DNA of 63,581 nucleotides, filler included, from Bonamia ostreae (Eukaryota): NCBI GenBank assembly GCA_040357525.1. It is 47 parts of 47 records of this genome, joined end to end, with 100 filler letters (N's around TTAATTAATTAA, not from the genome) between each part and the next. Parts side by side here need not be neighbours in the genome. Positions count along the whole stretch, not along the records: positions 1 to 1,261 come from JBDODL010002202.1; positions 1,362 to 2,622 come from JBDODL010002203.1; positions 2,723 to 3,982 come from JBDODL010002204.1; positions 4,083 to 5,342 come from JBDODL010002205.1; positions 5,443 to 6,702 come from JBDODL010002206.1; positions 6,803 to 8,062 come from JBDODL010002207.1; positions 8,163 to 9,422 come from JBDODL010002208.1; positions 9,523 to 10,782 come from JBDODL010002209.1; 39 more parts are not named here. One strand, 5' to 3'. Shown piece by piece: positions 1 to 12,242 of this stretch (position 1 is its first letter; each line of letters starts with the position of its first letter). The notes under the pieces were generated by a model. It saw only the letters and a program-made list of their open reading frames with translations, ran no database searches and was not told where the DNA came from. The position numbers and the translations under genes were made by a program.

Positions 1-58
1 TCGTAAAAAACAAAAATCTTTTAATTCTCGTAAAAAACAAACGTCAAATAATAAACAG

Positions 59-1179
59 AGCCAAATCTTAAAATTATCGGCGGTGCTCGCTTTGTGCAAG
101 TTTATGTGCATCAGCAAAAAATTTTGGTTCCTTTTTAAAATTCTAGTTTTGACAATTTGCCGATTCTGTTCAAAATAATGGAAAGCGAAAGAGATTCTCT
201 TCTTATGACAAACTCGATCATTTCTTTGGGCGACATGTTTTTCCAAAAAGACAATTTTTTTTTAAATTTGCCATTTTCTCAAAACGTTAAGAGCGTCGCG
301 ATTCCCCAATTTGGCAGCTCCGCACATTTCCAGAATGTTCGCGCCGCTGCACCACGCGGAAATGTCTGTGCGTAAAAACACTCTTTTGGTGATATCCCAT
401 TTGATATTGAACGACATGATAAAAGTGAAAGAGTTCATCAGTGAAATCGCGTTGGCCGTCACAGACGAGAAAAAATCGGTTCGAGATTTGGCCAAATTGT
501 TTTTTCAGGAGTTCTCCAAAAAAGGGAAAAATCCTGTTTACAACGTCTTGCCTGATATTGTCAGTAAATTTACACACGATAAAGTTAAAATTTAGCTTTT
601 TATAAATCAAAATTTTTCATTGTTTGCAAAATTAATAAAAATCAATTTAAATTTGATAAAAATCAATAAATTTGCGAAAAGGTCGAAAAAACAGTTTTTG
701 AAACTGTTTTGAAAGAATTGATTCGATATATTTCCGAAGAGAAACAACAAGAAAATTTGATCATTAAAATCTGCAGTCGCTTTTCCAAATTAAAAGACGA
801 TCAACATATTCTGAACAACGTTTACTGTTTGACTCTCCTCAATTACGGAGAAAAATGTATTAAAAAACTTATCGAAATGTCCAGAACTTATAAAGGTTAA
901 TTTTTGTTCTGTCAAACTTTTTTCGTTCAGAATTTCAATAGAAACCTAAAAATTAAAGGATTGTTAGGAGAAGAAAAAGTGTTTGAACACTTTAAAAGTA
1001 TTGTGGTTAAAGCAAAAAAGTCGGCGATAAAACAAGAAGTGAAGGTTTGAGAATTTTCTAATTTGAAGGAAATGATTTTGGAGTTTGAAAAAACGGTATT
1101 GGCGAAGTCTCATTTGGCTGAAAATTCGGAGGAGGAAACTCCAAAAGACAGAATTGACGAAAATGTGGAAAATAAGTGA
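59..1179 (+). CDS. NCAPD2: Condensin complex subunit 1 (Cnd1/CAP-D2), C-terminal part, 5 introns; protist
   Basis: Spliced: AVLALCKFMCISKKFCFDNLPILF...SLGDIASRFPNL...VRKNTLLVISHLILNDMIKVK...LAKLFFQEFSKKGKNPVYNVLPDIVS. Introns include 127-146, 237-291, 896-958, 1045-1068. Stop TGA at 1177-1179. Confidence 0.93.
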
Positions 1180-1261
1180 ATTGCCAAAGATTTTTATTTT
1201 CCAAATTTTTTTGATATTCAATTTATAATATTACAAAATTGCAAAATGGCAATATTTTATA

Positions 1262-1361
1262 NNNNNNNNNNNNNNNNNNNNNNNNNNNNNNNNNNNNNNN
1301 NNNNNTTAATTAATTAANNNNNNNNNNNNNNNNNNNNNNNNNNNNNNNNNNNNNNNNNNNN
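1262..1361. other. Artificial contig-joining linker N44-TTAATTAATTAA-N44 (first of 46 identical copies; last at 62235-62334)
   Basis: Identical 100-nt spacer recurs every ~1350 nt. Flanking contigs shrink monotonically from 1261 to 1247 bp. TTAATTAATTAA puts stops in all six frames. Confidence 0.99.
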
Positions 1362-3376
1362 ATTAGTTCAATTTACTGTGATCAAAATATCTAGTAAATT
1401 TTGCTTTGCATGCAAAATTAATTGGCTTTGCCAAAGGCACTTGGGGCTTAAATCATACTTTTTTCTGACCTGGTGTATACTTATTTTTCTTCTTATGTTT
1501 TGTAAATATAAAACTTTCTTGTTGCGTGACATAACTTAGAATGACTTGAAGAGACAGGAATAGTTTGAATGGGTAACATTAATCTAGGAATGAAATAAAA
1601 AGCGAGTGAAAAAAGACCTGTACTTTGGAATTATGTCAAAATACGACGATGATACAATAATAGGATTGCACTCTGAGGATTTTTTGTTAGTCAAAAAAAT
1701 TGATATGCTACCCAAAAGTATAAACTGACTCTTCCTCGTTAAGGTTTCTTTCATTTTTGGGATATGGACTGTTTGGTGTGATTTCGTTTCGACAGGTTAC
1801 GTTTTGTTTCAATTGCGTTTTGCAGCTTACGGGTAACTACTTTCGATTAACAAGACACGAGTACGAAGTGACTACAAACAATCATATCTATAAAAATGCC
1901 TCTTCATCAACCTCATCGATAATCATATACTCAACCTTATCCCGTTAATAGGTTGATATCATTGGGTAACAGCTAGAAGCAATTGTTCAGAATACAATTT
2001 TTTTATTTTATTTGTAAGATGAGTATTCCATTGGAATGTTTTATGAATCATTCTATTTCCCGTGTAGTTATTTCAATGAAAGTTTCCCATAATATTTCTA
2101 TTTTCAAAGCAGATATTCTATAAGATGATTCCACGTCAGTGATCATGGAAGATGTAAAAATTGAAAGTAAGATATCTACATTTACACACTTTTGAAATTT
2201 GTGGTTCGAATATTCTTAGAAGAGAAAATTTATTCAAAATATCACTGCACCGTGTACCTGATGAAGATCTAGGACCCATTGTGATTGTGACCCGTCGCCT
2301 GGGGATGTCTCCTCCTAGTCACGTGATCTCACCTCCGGCATTTTCAGAAGTTCGTATTTTCCTAATTCTTTATTCTGTAGTCCTAAAAGGAGTTCCGTTC
2401 TTATGTTCATCTTTTCATTCATCAATCGCAAAACTATAAAAGGCAGAAAATAATTGAATATATGTACAATTCATCATCTCTAGATATAATCCAACATCAA
2501 TATATCTCGAACAACTTTTGAATTTCAATGAAACTCCTTGGTTTTGCGAAATCAGTTTTGTATAATAAAAAGAAGATATTGGGATCAATAGCATAAATTC
2601 TAAACAGAACAAAAATAAGAATNNNNNNNNNNNNNNNNNNNNNNNNNNNNNNNNNNNNNNNNNNNNTTAATTAATTAANNNNNNNNNNNNNNNNNNNNNN
2701 NNNNNNNNNNNNNNNNNNNNNNGTTCGTTATCTTCACGTTGCATTTGTCAGAATTGTTTGTACACCAATCATTATAATATGTCTCTCTGTAGATTTATAT
2801 GTCTACCTATATTAATCCTTGTCACTTTATTCTAGAAATTCAAGACAAACACCTGGATACTGCAATGATTTGATCTGCTATTTGTTACATTCCTCGTTTG
2901 ATAAAGTGTTACCTAGCTGTAAACGAAACATCTAATCAACAGTGTTACTGGTGTAAAATCTGGACGGGTTCATGGCTGTTTTGGACGTCAACTCTTGAAG
3001 CGCATACTTGTGTGTATGTATTTGTGTTTGTTTATATAACCAACACCTGACTCCAACACTTAATATTAACAAACATGCATTCAAATAATTTAAGAAGGCT
3101 GAACTGATATTTTCTACCCTATATTTTTCCGTGATCAATATCTAACCCTACATAAATGATTATAAGTCATACATCCAGTTATTGTTTAGGATATACTCGA
3201 TATTTGATTTTTAATGTAGAGGAATATGCGTGTGTTGGCATGAGATCAAACAACATCCGCAAGGTGCCTATGTTAGAATCAGGAAATATTTAGCTCTTTC
3301 ACTAACAAGGAAGAATTATCAAATGGTTATACTTTGATGAGAATATAGAAACAACGTAATCCATCACATAGTAACG

Positions 3377-3555
3377 ATGCAGCTGGTCGGTTGGGTGTTG
3401 GTAGTGCTCTCTTTATTTTACAGTCAGATAACATACGCCTGTCCTGACCAGTGTAGCTGTGGAAAGGACTATTTCTCCGATGAAACTTTTGTATATTGTG
3501 GAAGTAGAGGACTGACCGAAGTACCAACTAGAATCCCCACGGACATATATGAATT
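3377..3555 (+). CDS. First coding exon of a secreted/membrane LRR protein (signal peptide + LRRNT cap); animal
   Basis: MQLVGWVLVVLSLFYSQITYA-CPDQCSC...VYCGSRGLTEVPTRIP, followed by a canonical GTAAGT donor at 3556. Confidence 0.85.
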
Positions 3556-4170
3556 GTAAGTTATTTGAAGCATGGTAGAAAACATACTACACATAAATAA
3601 CACTGAATTGGTGTTATTCAACTATACAGCGTTATGAATGTTATTGTATAGTGGAATTTGTTGTCCCTATGGACAAATCGATACTAAACAAATGCTGTGA
3701 GAGGAAAACAAATGCCTAATATTCCAAGACACGCATTTAGATCAACTTACTATGTTGGAATGCAATAACTCATCCCACGATCTCTATCAATTGGTGATGC
3801 ATTTATTTTATCCGCACGATAAAAAGACTGGGCTTTTTCAAATAGACAGCTGTGATTTTATTTATTTTTTAAATGGAAGACGGAAATTTTCATACCTGGT
3901 CATCAGTTATTCAAACTTTCTTAATACCCCTCTGATTTTTTCACATAAGTACTCTGAAGTTGATACTCAAACGATTCTGGAGNNNNNNNNNNNNNNNNNN
4001 NNNNNNNNNNNNNNNNNNNNNNNNNNTTAATTAATTAANNNNNNNNNNNNNNNNNNNNNNNNNNNNNNNNNNNNNNNNNNNNTGTCGACATAATAAAATT
4101 TGGAAAGCGGAGAGATTATAAATTTGTTGACCGATAAAACGAAAAGAGGATCAAAATTTTATTTCTCTTA

Positions 4171-5288
4171 TCAAATTGCTTTTTCTTTAGTTTTTTTGCG
4201 ACCTTTTCCGGCGGTTCTTCTTTTCTTCTTTTCTTCTTTTTTAGTTCCGCTATCTTTTATCGCTTCGTCGCTGTTCCCCAAAATTTCTTCCTTTTCGACT
4301 TCTTCCGTCTTTTGGTCTTCGATAATTAGACGCGAAATGATATTTTCATTGTTGTCAGTCTCTTTGTCCAAATTTTTCTTTTCGCTCTTGCTTTTGCGCG
4401 TTCTTTTGGTTTGGACCACAGATTCGTCTCCAAACAATAAATCTTCCTTGACTTCCCCTTTCTCCGAGTCCTCTTCGATCGGAATTCGGCTCTCTTCAAT
4501 GAATTTCTTGTAAGCGTCTTTGACGCCCATCGGACGGCCGTAGTTCAGCGGCGTTTCTTCGCTGAAGAACATTTTGTTGTCTTTGTCAAAATTGACTTCG
4601 ACAGAGCCGATATCTCCGGTGAACCTGTTCTTCTTCAACTGGACGAGTTTTTTGCCTCCTTCATTTGACAAAATCAGCACGTTGTCGGCTTCTTGGGTCG
4701 CTTTGGCTGACCCGAAAACTTCAAATTGACCATTTTTACAATTTTTTTTCGGAATCGCAAAATTTTTAACTTGACGAAATTCCGATTTTCTTATTGTCGT
4801 CTTCTTTTCGAGGGTGAATGACGACAGTTATGTGAATGTTTTTCTTCGTCGCGAAATGCCGCAATGTCGAAATGGCCTTTTAAAAAATTTTGGGAATTTG
4901 CTATTTTTGATTTTGACGATTTAATTTAACCCAATCTTGCTGTTCTAGTTTATTCATGTTGTTAGAATGGCCAATCATAAATTGGAGATTGTCCAGAACG
5001 ATATGACGCACATCGTAGACAAAGGTCGCATATTCTATCGCGTCTATCAACTTTTCCAAATCGAAATTTGAATTTGCAGTTTTAAATTTGGAAAAAATGG
5101 AAAACTTGGACGAGATCGGTTGATCCGAAAAATTTGAGAAAATTAAGCGGCAATTTTTCGAATTCTTTTGAATGATTTTCAAAATTTTCAATATCGTTTT
5201 CGATATTGACTCCGCTGTGCTGGTTCATCATTATTTTGACCAACCGAGCATTCTTTATTTCCAAACTTCCCCACAAAGTACTTACTCC
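4171..5288 (-). CDS. TWNK: Twinkle mitochondrial DNA helicase, C-terminal part, 3 introns; protist
   Basis: Spliced: [16 protein letters not shown]...[21 protein letters not shown]...[12 protein letters not shown]...[18 protein letters not shown]...KNRFTGDIG (SF4 helicase motifs). Confidence 0.95.
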
Positions 5289-6143
5289 CTTTTTTGGATA
5301 CATTATTTGCGAAAAATTGCAATTTTGACATAATTTGACAAANNNNNNNNNNNNNNNNNNNNNNNNNNNNNNNNNNNNNNNNNNNNTTAATTAATTAANN
5401 NNNNNNNNNNNNNNNNNNNNNNNNNNNNNNNNNNNNNNNNNNTTCAATGTACCATTGTAATAATTGAAAAAAGAAAAAAAAAATGTCAAAATAATAAACA
5501 AGTAAAATGTAATTATCTCCTGACAACAAAATGGTATAATGATATAAGGTGGGACCGGTATGCTCATATACGTTCTTATTGAATCACCTGTGACATCACT
5601 AGATCATTGTTAGGGTTGCAATCCATATTATTCGAAAATTGCAAGTCGTATCATTTGATAAAACCGTCGTACCTGCTACGTTTACGTCTATCTTTACTAT
5701 ATACGATCGATTAATGAAACGGCTGCAAAGTTCACTAGACAAAAGACCAAATGCACCATCGAGGTCATCTAGTGGCTACAGGTCCCGATAATGAGTGTAC
5801 CTTGAGGCCATGTGAGTGCAAACGAAGGGATTCTACAATGGCTGGGCTCAAAGGCCCATATAAATGACGTGTGCTCCTTACAGCTGTGTATTTTTAACAC
5901 TAAATTTCTGGATTAATGGAAAACAAGTTTTAATGTGACATATTTCGTTGATTCAGCATCTTATTTTATATTGATGTTTAGTCCTTGCTAATACAACATA
6001 GCTATATTATAATTATTTGGTTATGATATCAATTTTCTGTATAAGCAAATCAGTCTTTTTAAAGCAAAAAAATAATCTATTGTCATTTCCTTTAGACTAA
6101 ATTTTAAACACAGTGAATACAGGATATCAAAGAAGCAAATTAC

Positions 6144-6342
6144 CGTCTTTTAATGATTGTTTGCTAATGCGTTCTTCTTCAATCAGACTGATTGTTCCCA
6201 CAATATTGTCTTTTTCTTTGTGGTATTCTGCTTTGCCTTCTTCCAACTTAGTGTTTAGTTTGCTAAGCGAATCATTCAAAACATTTCTTCGTTTTATTAA
6301 TACGTCAATATTCCCGTCATCCCCACCATCTAGTGATGCCAT
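6144..6342 (-). CDS. Probable first exon of a coiled-coil protein; animal
   Basis: ATG-initiated 66-codon helical segment ending at a GTAATT donor. No family recognised. Confidence 0.35.
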
Positions 6343-6994
6343 TTTATCACTTCTGCTGCAACAAAAAAAGCATTACATGAAATACGCTGCAATGTGTAAC
6401 TCGGATATATATATATATTTTTACTTGATTTCAGACAAAATATCAATTTTAGCACATTAAACATCCAGAACACTAAAGTTGTGCCATATGTTACTACAGA
6501 TTAATTGGGTTTACTTTCGACAAAAGAATGACAACTGGTATAGTGGCATTATTTATAAAACATGCACATATATTATGTTATTCTATATAGTTCAATGTGA
6601 GATATTCATATCTTCTCGCTATTTAATCATGCTCATTCTTCTTAGATCTAAACATTAAATGCACAATCGATATTATTAACATTTTCTGTTAGGGTTGAAA
6701 TGNNNNNNNNNNNNNNNNNNNNNNNNNNNNNNNNNNNNNNNNNNNNTTAATTAATTAANNNNNNNNNNNNNNNNNNNNNNNNNNNNNNNNNNNNNNNNNN
6801 NNTCTAAACCTGTGATTTTCATTCAAAACTGTTGCTGGGTTGCTAGTTTAAATTGATCATCTAGTTTTTATCGAGCAGATTTTTTTAAATACAAACTATT
6901 TTTCTTGAAGTACAATTTTGTTGCCACAAAAAATTAATTGAAAAACATTCCTAGATTTTATCAAGTTAAAAATAAAAAAGCGAAATATATCAAT

Positions 6995-8008
6995 TTATTC
7001 TTGTTCTAAAAAGAAGTTGTCGCTGGAGAGCACCGGAAACTTTGGATCATTGAAACTCAGAATAAAGTTCCAAACTAGCGGTACCACATAACTAGCGATC
7101 ACCACGTCAACCGTATAATGGTGGCGTCCTGCTATTATTAACGGCACCAACATTATGACCAAAGCCCAAACAAAAATCTTTACAGCTTTGCTTTCCGAAT
7201 AATGGCGAACTGTCAATGCGATGTTGAGCACGATGAGAGTATGCGAACTGAAAATGAGATCTCCGCATCCCGTGAAGAAATCCATTCTGGTAAAAATCTC
7301 GATCACGCTATTCGGCGGATTGTAGTATTCCGAGTTTGGCCTTCAATTGTTTAAAAACGTAACAATGCGTTCAACTCGCAATGTTATCAAAACGTTTGCA
7401 ACTGTAACCACAAAAACGACAAAATTCAAAAAACAAGCAATGCTGTGCCGGAGATGGCAAAATGGTGACCATGAACGACAAACAACGCAATAAAACACAA
7501 CAGCAAGTGCTCATTGCGAATCGAAGCAACATGGCCGTGGTGAAAAAGCGTCTGTTTCCTTTCTCTTCGTACTTCGGGACCACGAAAAACGGCGAAAATA
7601 GGAACGCGACAAAAAAGCAAATTATAAAATTGCACAAATAGTCGCTGACTGAAAACAGCCAAGGTATCTCCGGCACCACATAAAACCCAAAATCTGGCAA
7701 CCTCTCTCCTTGTCTGTGCAGGAAATATACTCCGTTTGTCAAAACATTGTGTAGAAACACCATTATCACGATCAAAGACAAAAAATATCGCCAAGTCTTC
7801 TTCAAAATTCGTTTTTCTCTTTTTAGTTGGTCGATAAACAAACCTTTATAATTTTTTAAAATATCAAACCGATAAACGACAAATTTGACCTTCGTTTATT
7901 GAGATAACTTACAGTCGAAGGGCCAAAATCAATCAATTTTAATTTAAGAATGGGCGATTCATTATTTTCGGCATCATAAATAACAGATTCGCCCTTTTCT
8001 GCTAACAT
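6995..8008 (-). CDS. Inositol-phosphorylceramide synthase / sphingomyelin-synthase family (PAP2_C), apparently complete, 2 introns; protist
   Basis: Motifs LPDFGF, LRCLSFMVTILPSPAQHC, GCGDLIFSSH, RHHYTVDVV and multiple TM helices. Introns at 7844-7869 and ~7341-7436. Confidence 0.9.
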
Positions 8009-9568
8009 TAAAGAATTGTGATAGATGAGATATTTCAGGAGGATACATAATTAATGATTCTGNNNNNNNNNNNNNNNNNNNNNNNNNNNNNNNNNNNNNN
8101 NNNNNNTTAATTAATTAANNNNNNNNNNNNNNNNNNNNNNNNNNNNNNNNNNNNNNNNNNNNATGAAAGAACAAGTTTTTTAATCACTTGTTGGCCTTTT
8201 TAGATTTGGAACTTTCATTTTTCTTCAAACTGAAAGTGTCAAAATTTAGCATGTGAGATACTTTGAAGCAACATTCGAGATTATAAATAATTTTGAAATA
8301 ATATATTAATAACTAAAATGTTAACCAATCTATGTTATAAACAATCCGTACCTGTCCCAATCTTTGTGTTAATGGTAAAATTAGGCATTCCTTTAGATTT
8401 CTTCAAATTGTGGGTTGTTCCATATGGAATTCGGCCATTAGATAAACAATTTCCACACTGTATGTAAATAAATCAAAATCTTCCCAATCCAAGATTTATT
8501 TAGCCTTTAATAGATCTATCAGTCAAATATAATGGTCCGAAACGACATTTAGGCCTCTGACGAGAACGTCGAATTCGATTATGTGCCTGCCTGCCATTTT
8601 GCCATCTGTCTAACGAAATTCTTACTGTTCAAAATTTTACCCATGCTTGGACAACATTCTTAACACCAGTTAAAGGAGTCACAAACGTGACTTAATTCAT
8701 AGTTGTGTTCTTTCGGGACAAAAGCAACCGGAAAGGTGGCTTTTCTTAAACACCCCTTCCGTTTGTGACCTCTCATGGCCGCCGCCATCTTGGATTCTTT
8801 TGAGGAATTTACAGCCTCGATGAAATTGCGTTACAAAAACATTTATTTNNNNNNNNNNCATCCAGCATCTGCTCCCTCCTCGCCAATCACACAGTCCCAG
8901 CAGACTAGACCGGCACCGTCCGAAATATCACAGATGCCGACCGCAAACCGCACCCCCATCGGACACTGGATACCATAAAATAAATTGTAAAAAATATCTG
9001 CAAGAGACAGTTCATTATAATGGTTTTAACTTTCTAGATACCGACTATAGCGAATTAAGTCCTTATCTCACTTGGACTTAGCAGACATCTTTTACATATT
9101 CAATAATCAGATATGTGCAAAACGGAAACAAACATTTAGGGTGTTGCAAATGTGGCATTCTGTTTAATTCACTTTAACAGATATTAATGTTGATGTTTAA
9201 AATTTCATTTTTATACACCAGGCTGAACTCTGCAGATAAATAAGCATACAAATGTCATGTATAATGTATCTAGATATGTTTTGAGATTGTCTGATCATAT
9301 TTCAGAGTGAAACAAGTAAGTGGCTAGGTGAATGTTTGAAGGTCACCTTTTATTTTGCAAAGAGAGTCTCTCAAAGGAAGAATCACATTTATTTTTTACC
9401 TGATCTTCTGTTTTTATAAGCANNNNNNNNNNNNNNNNNNNNNNNNNNNNNNNNNNNNNNNNNNNNTTAATTAATTAANNNNNNNNNNNNNNNNNNNNNN
9501 NNNNNNNNNNNNNNNNNNNNNNTCAAAATCTAGTTGAAGTTTTCATTTTTAACCCACTCTTTTTCAAG

Positions 9569-9829
9569 TACCCTCAAAACCAACGTGTAATGAAACCTTC
9601 CTCTACGAGGCCTTCACAACTACAGTTCATGTTGATACAGCTGCATGTTACTCAAATGGATCTGAAAGCTTTAATATCGTATTATATGGTGAATTTCACG
9701 AAGGAGTTTTACCAAATACCAAATCAACTTTCAACAACCTGCCTCCTGGAGACAAATTAACAGCTGCAGTGATTGCTGTTGGAAAGAACGGAATTAAATC
9801 TATGCCGCGTAAGGTTCCAATATATACAA
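9569..9829 (+). CDS. Phase-1/1 exon encoding a fibronectin type III-like domain; animal
   Basis: Pyrimidine tract + AG acceptor, open frame (PSKPTCNE...STFNNLPPGDKLTAAVIAVGKNGIKSMP..VPIYT), GTAAGT donor. Not in the ORF track because it has no start codon. Confidence 0.7.
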
Positions 9830-10882
9830 GTAAGTGCTGTGAAAGCGATCAAAATGAAACAGCGTCTCCAAAACAATCAATTTCCAATATTTGGATTGAA
9901 AATGAATAAAATGTTAGATTTGTTTAATGATAGTAAATCACGAGAACAATCGTCTGGGATTGTGACGTTAATGAAAATATATTCTTTATATATAATATAT
10001 TGTATGTGCAAACTCAGTTCAATCATATTATCATATTTGCTTCTAAAACTAGTTTACACAATAAAATTTCACATTATGCGCCAAAGAATCGAATGTGGTT
10101 GAAATATGATAAAAAGTTGCTGTTTTTAGTGTAGTTTAATTTTGAAATGGAATTACCACCATTATTCTATGCATCTCTCTTATATTCATAATTCATTTTA
10201 CAATTTGGCATTTTTAATTCCAGGTTCCCTTATAACTCCTCAGTTTCCATTCTGAATTCTAAATTTTATTTTGCTACATAGTATCCTTACATTGTAATTC
10301 CAAGTCATATTATCATATTTCAATGTTCCATTTTCTTTCGTCATGCTTCATACTTTAATCATTGAGTATGATCCTAATCCGAACTTAGATTTTATAACCT
10401 GACATTTTTAATTCTGTCGAGATTCATTCTATAGTTGTTTTTTTCTTCTTACTCCTATTATGCTTCATTGTATTGTATCATTATTACGCCTGAGGGCAAT
10501 GTTTACCCAAAATCAGGTATGCAAAAAAGTTCTATGTTAGAAGACAAATATTTAGTATAGACACATCTTAGCTTTAAGGTCAACACACTTCCTGAAATTT
10601 GCACTTGCTTTGTGCAGCTTCCTTTTTATTCACTTTAAAAAGTCTTTTCTTTTTTTTTTTCTTCACATCCTCAATCCTCAATTAACGTCCCTTGTCCCAT
10701 AGATGACTGATACAGAGCTCATTCTAAATAAAATTGAAAATTAAATACCACAGTGAATTAATATATCTAGGTTTACATAAATNNNNNNNNNNNNNNNNNN
10801 NNNNNNNNNNNNNNNNNNNNNNNNNNTTAATTAATTAANNNNNNNNNNNNNNNNNNNNNNNNNNNNNNNNNNNNNNNNNNNN

Positions 10883-12142
10883 CGAGGTCCGGATGCTTGA
10901 TATAAGCCCCTCCTAACTGCAGTACCCTACATGCCGCCACCCTATTAAATCGTTCACGAGACCTTCCCATAGCCATAGTGTCTTCAGAAAATCTATAAGA
11001 TTCACGTGGCAATATTTGGGACCAAACGAGTTTTGTGTTAGGTAGAAGCTCGGCTATTTTCACAAGGTCTTGCTTCATTATTGTCATTAATTTGAACAAT
11101 GATACATTTAGTACCCCAAATCATTTCCCTCACAATGAATAAGTAAGGGTATTCCTCCAACTTAACTAAGTACCCTTTTCTTTAAATCCATACTTTAGAC
11201 CTGAATAGCCTTGCCACCATAGTTACATGCCTAACCTTTTCAGACCTAGATGCACCCTCCTAATCTAAGTAGGGCTGACTGAAAAGCATGTTTATTTATG
11301 GATGACCCAACATACCAAACAGTGGAAGTATCTGCAGGAAAGCTGGATGTATCAACTATGGTCTTGTCTTTGCCTCTGGAGCCAATCTCCTAAACCACCC
11401 CCACTGCTTGCGGGAAATAGAATCAGCAATACTATTACTACTACTAACAATGTGTTGAGCTTTGAAAATACAATTATATTGCACAAGCATTAAAACTATT
11501 TCCCTAACTATTTTCATTACCCTTTTAGATGTTGGGGTTTGTTTATTGACTATACTGACTAATGCAACGTTGTGATATGAAAAAAAACATTTTAGCGTCT
11601 GAGTTCATGACCCCATAAACCTATGGTTAAAACCAGGGGCAGCAGTTCTTGAAATGTCATATCCCGAAGTATATCAGTCTTTTCCCATGCTGATGGCCAC
11701 TGGAAAACATCCATTTCCCAGAAAATATGCCCCNNNNNNNNNNGTATAATTTCAAAACATCTGAACTTATCCACTCATTGGAGGGGAAATATGAAATCCC
11801 ATTGAACCGATTTAAAAACAAAACGAGCCCACTTGCCTAAATTCTCCCTCAACTCAGCAGACAATCTTACATGAAGATGAGCCTCTGAAGCACCTTTCAT
11901 AGCATCATAAAATCTGCGATTAAAAGCCCTCCTAGATCTTATGGCTTTTCCAAAATAAATACACATCCCTACTAATGACTCTCGTTCCTTCAATAAAACT
12001 GACCTGCAAGACAAAAATCCTTGTATGATTTGCTTCAAAATATCAATCTTTGCCGGAGGGATCCGTATAAACATAGTGTTGATTTCTAAACCTACAAATG
12101 TAGATATGTCACAATAGGGACAGGACAATGTTTTTCCCTTAG
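10883..12142 (-). mobile_element. Degenerate DIRS/Ngaro-type tyrosine-recombinase retrotransposon: RT/RNase H remnant followed by SGNH-hydrolase remnant
   Basis: FVGLEINT..IRIPPAKI...ESLVG...RAFNRRFYDAM...HVRLSAELRENL..W; QWPSAW...DMTFQELLPLVLTIGLWG; SGNH piece LLPNTKLVWSQILPR...GGAYIKHPDL. Many frameshifts. Confidence 0.8.
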
Positions 12143-12242
12143 NNNNNNNNNNNNNNNNNNNNNNNNNNNNNNNNNNNNNNNNNNNNTTAATTAATTAANN
12201 NNNNNNNNNNNNNNNNNNNNNNNNNNNNNNNNNNNNNNNNNN

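Noticed and set aside
59-1179. Stop-codon reassignment or frameshifting in the protist to explain fragmented ORFs
   Set aside because: Every break traced is resolved by a short GT-AG intron, and genes end in ordinary TAA/TGA.
1362-2622. Short ORFs in an unassigned AT-rich contig
   Set aside because: No motif, splice pattern or codon signal sufficient to call a gene or assign an origin.
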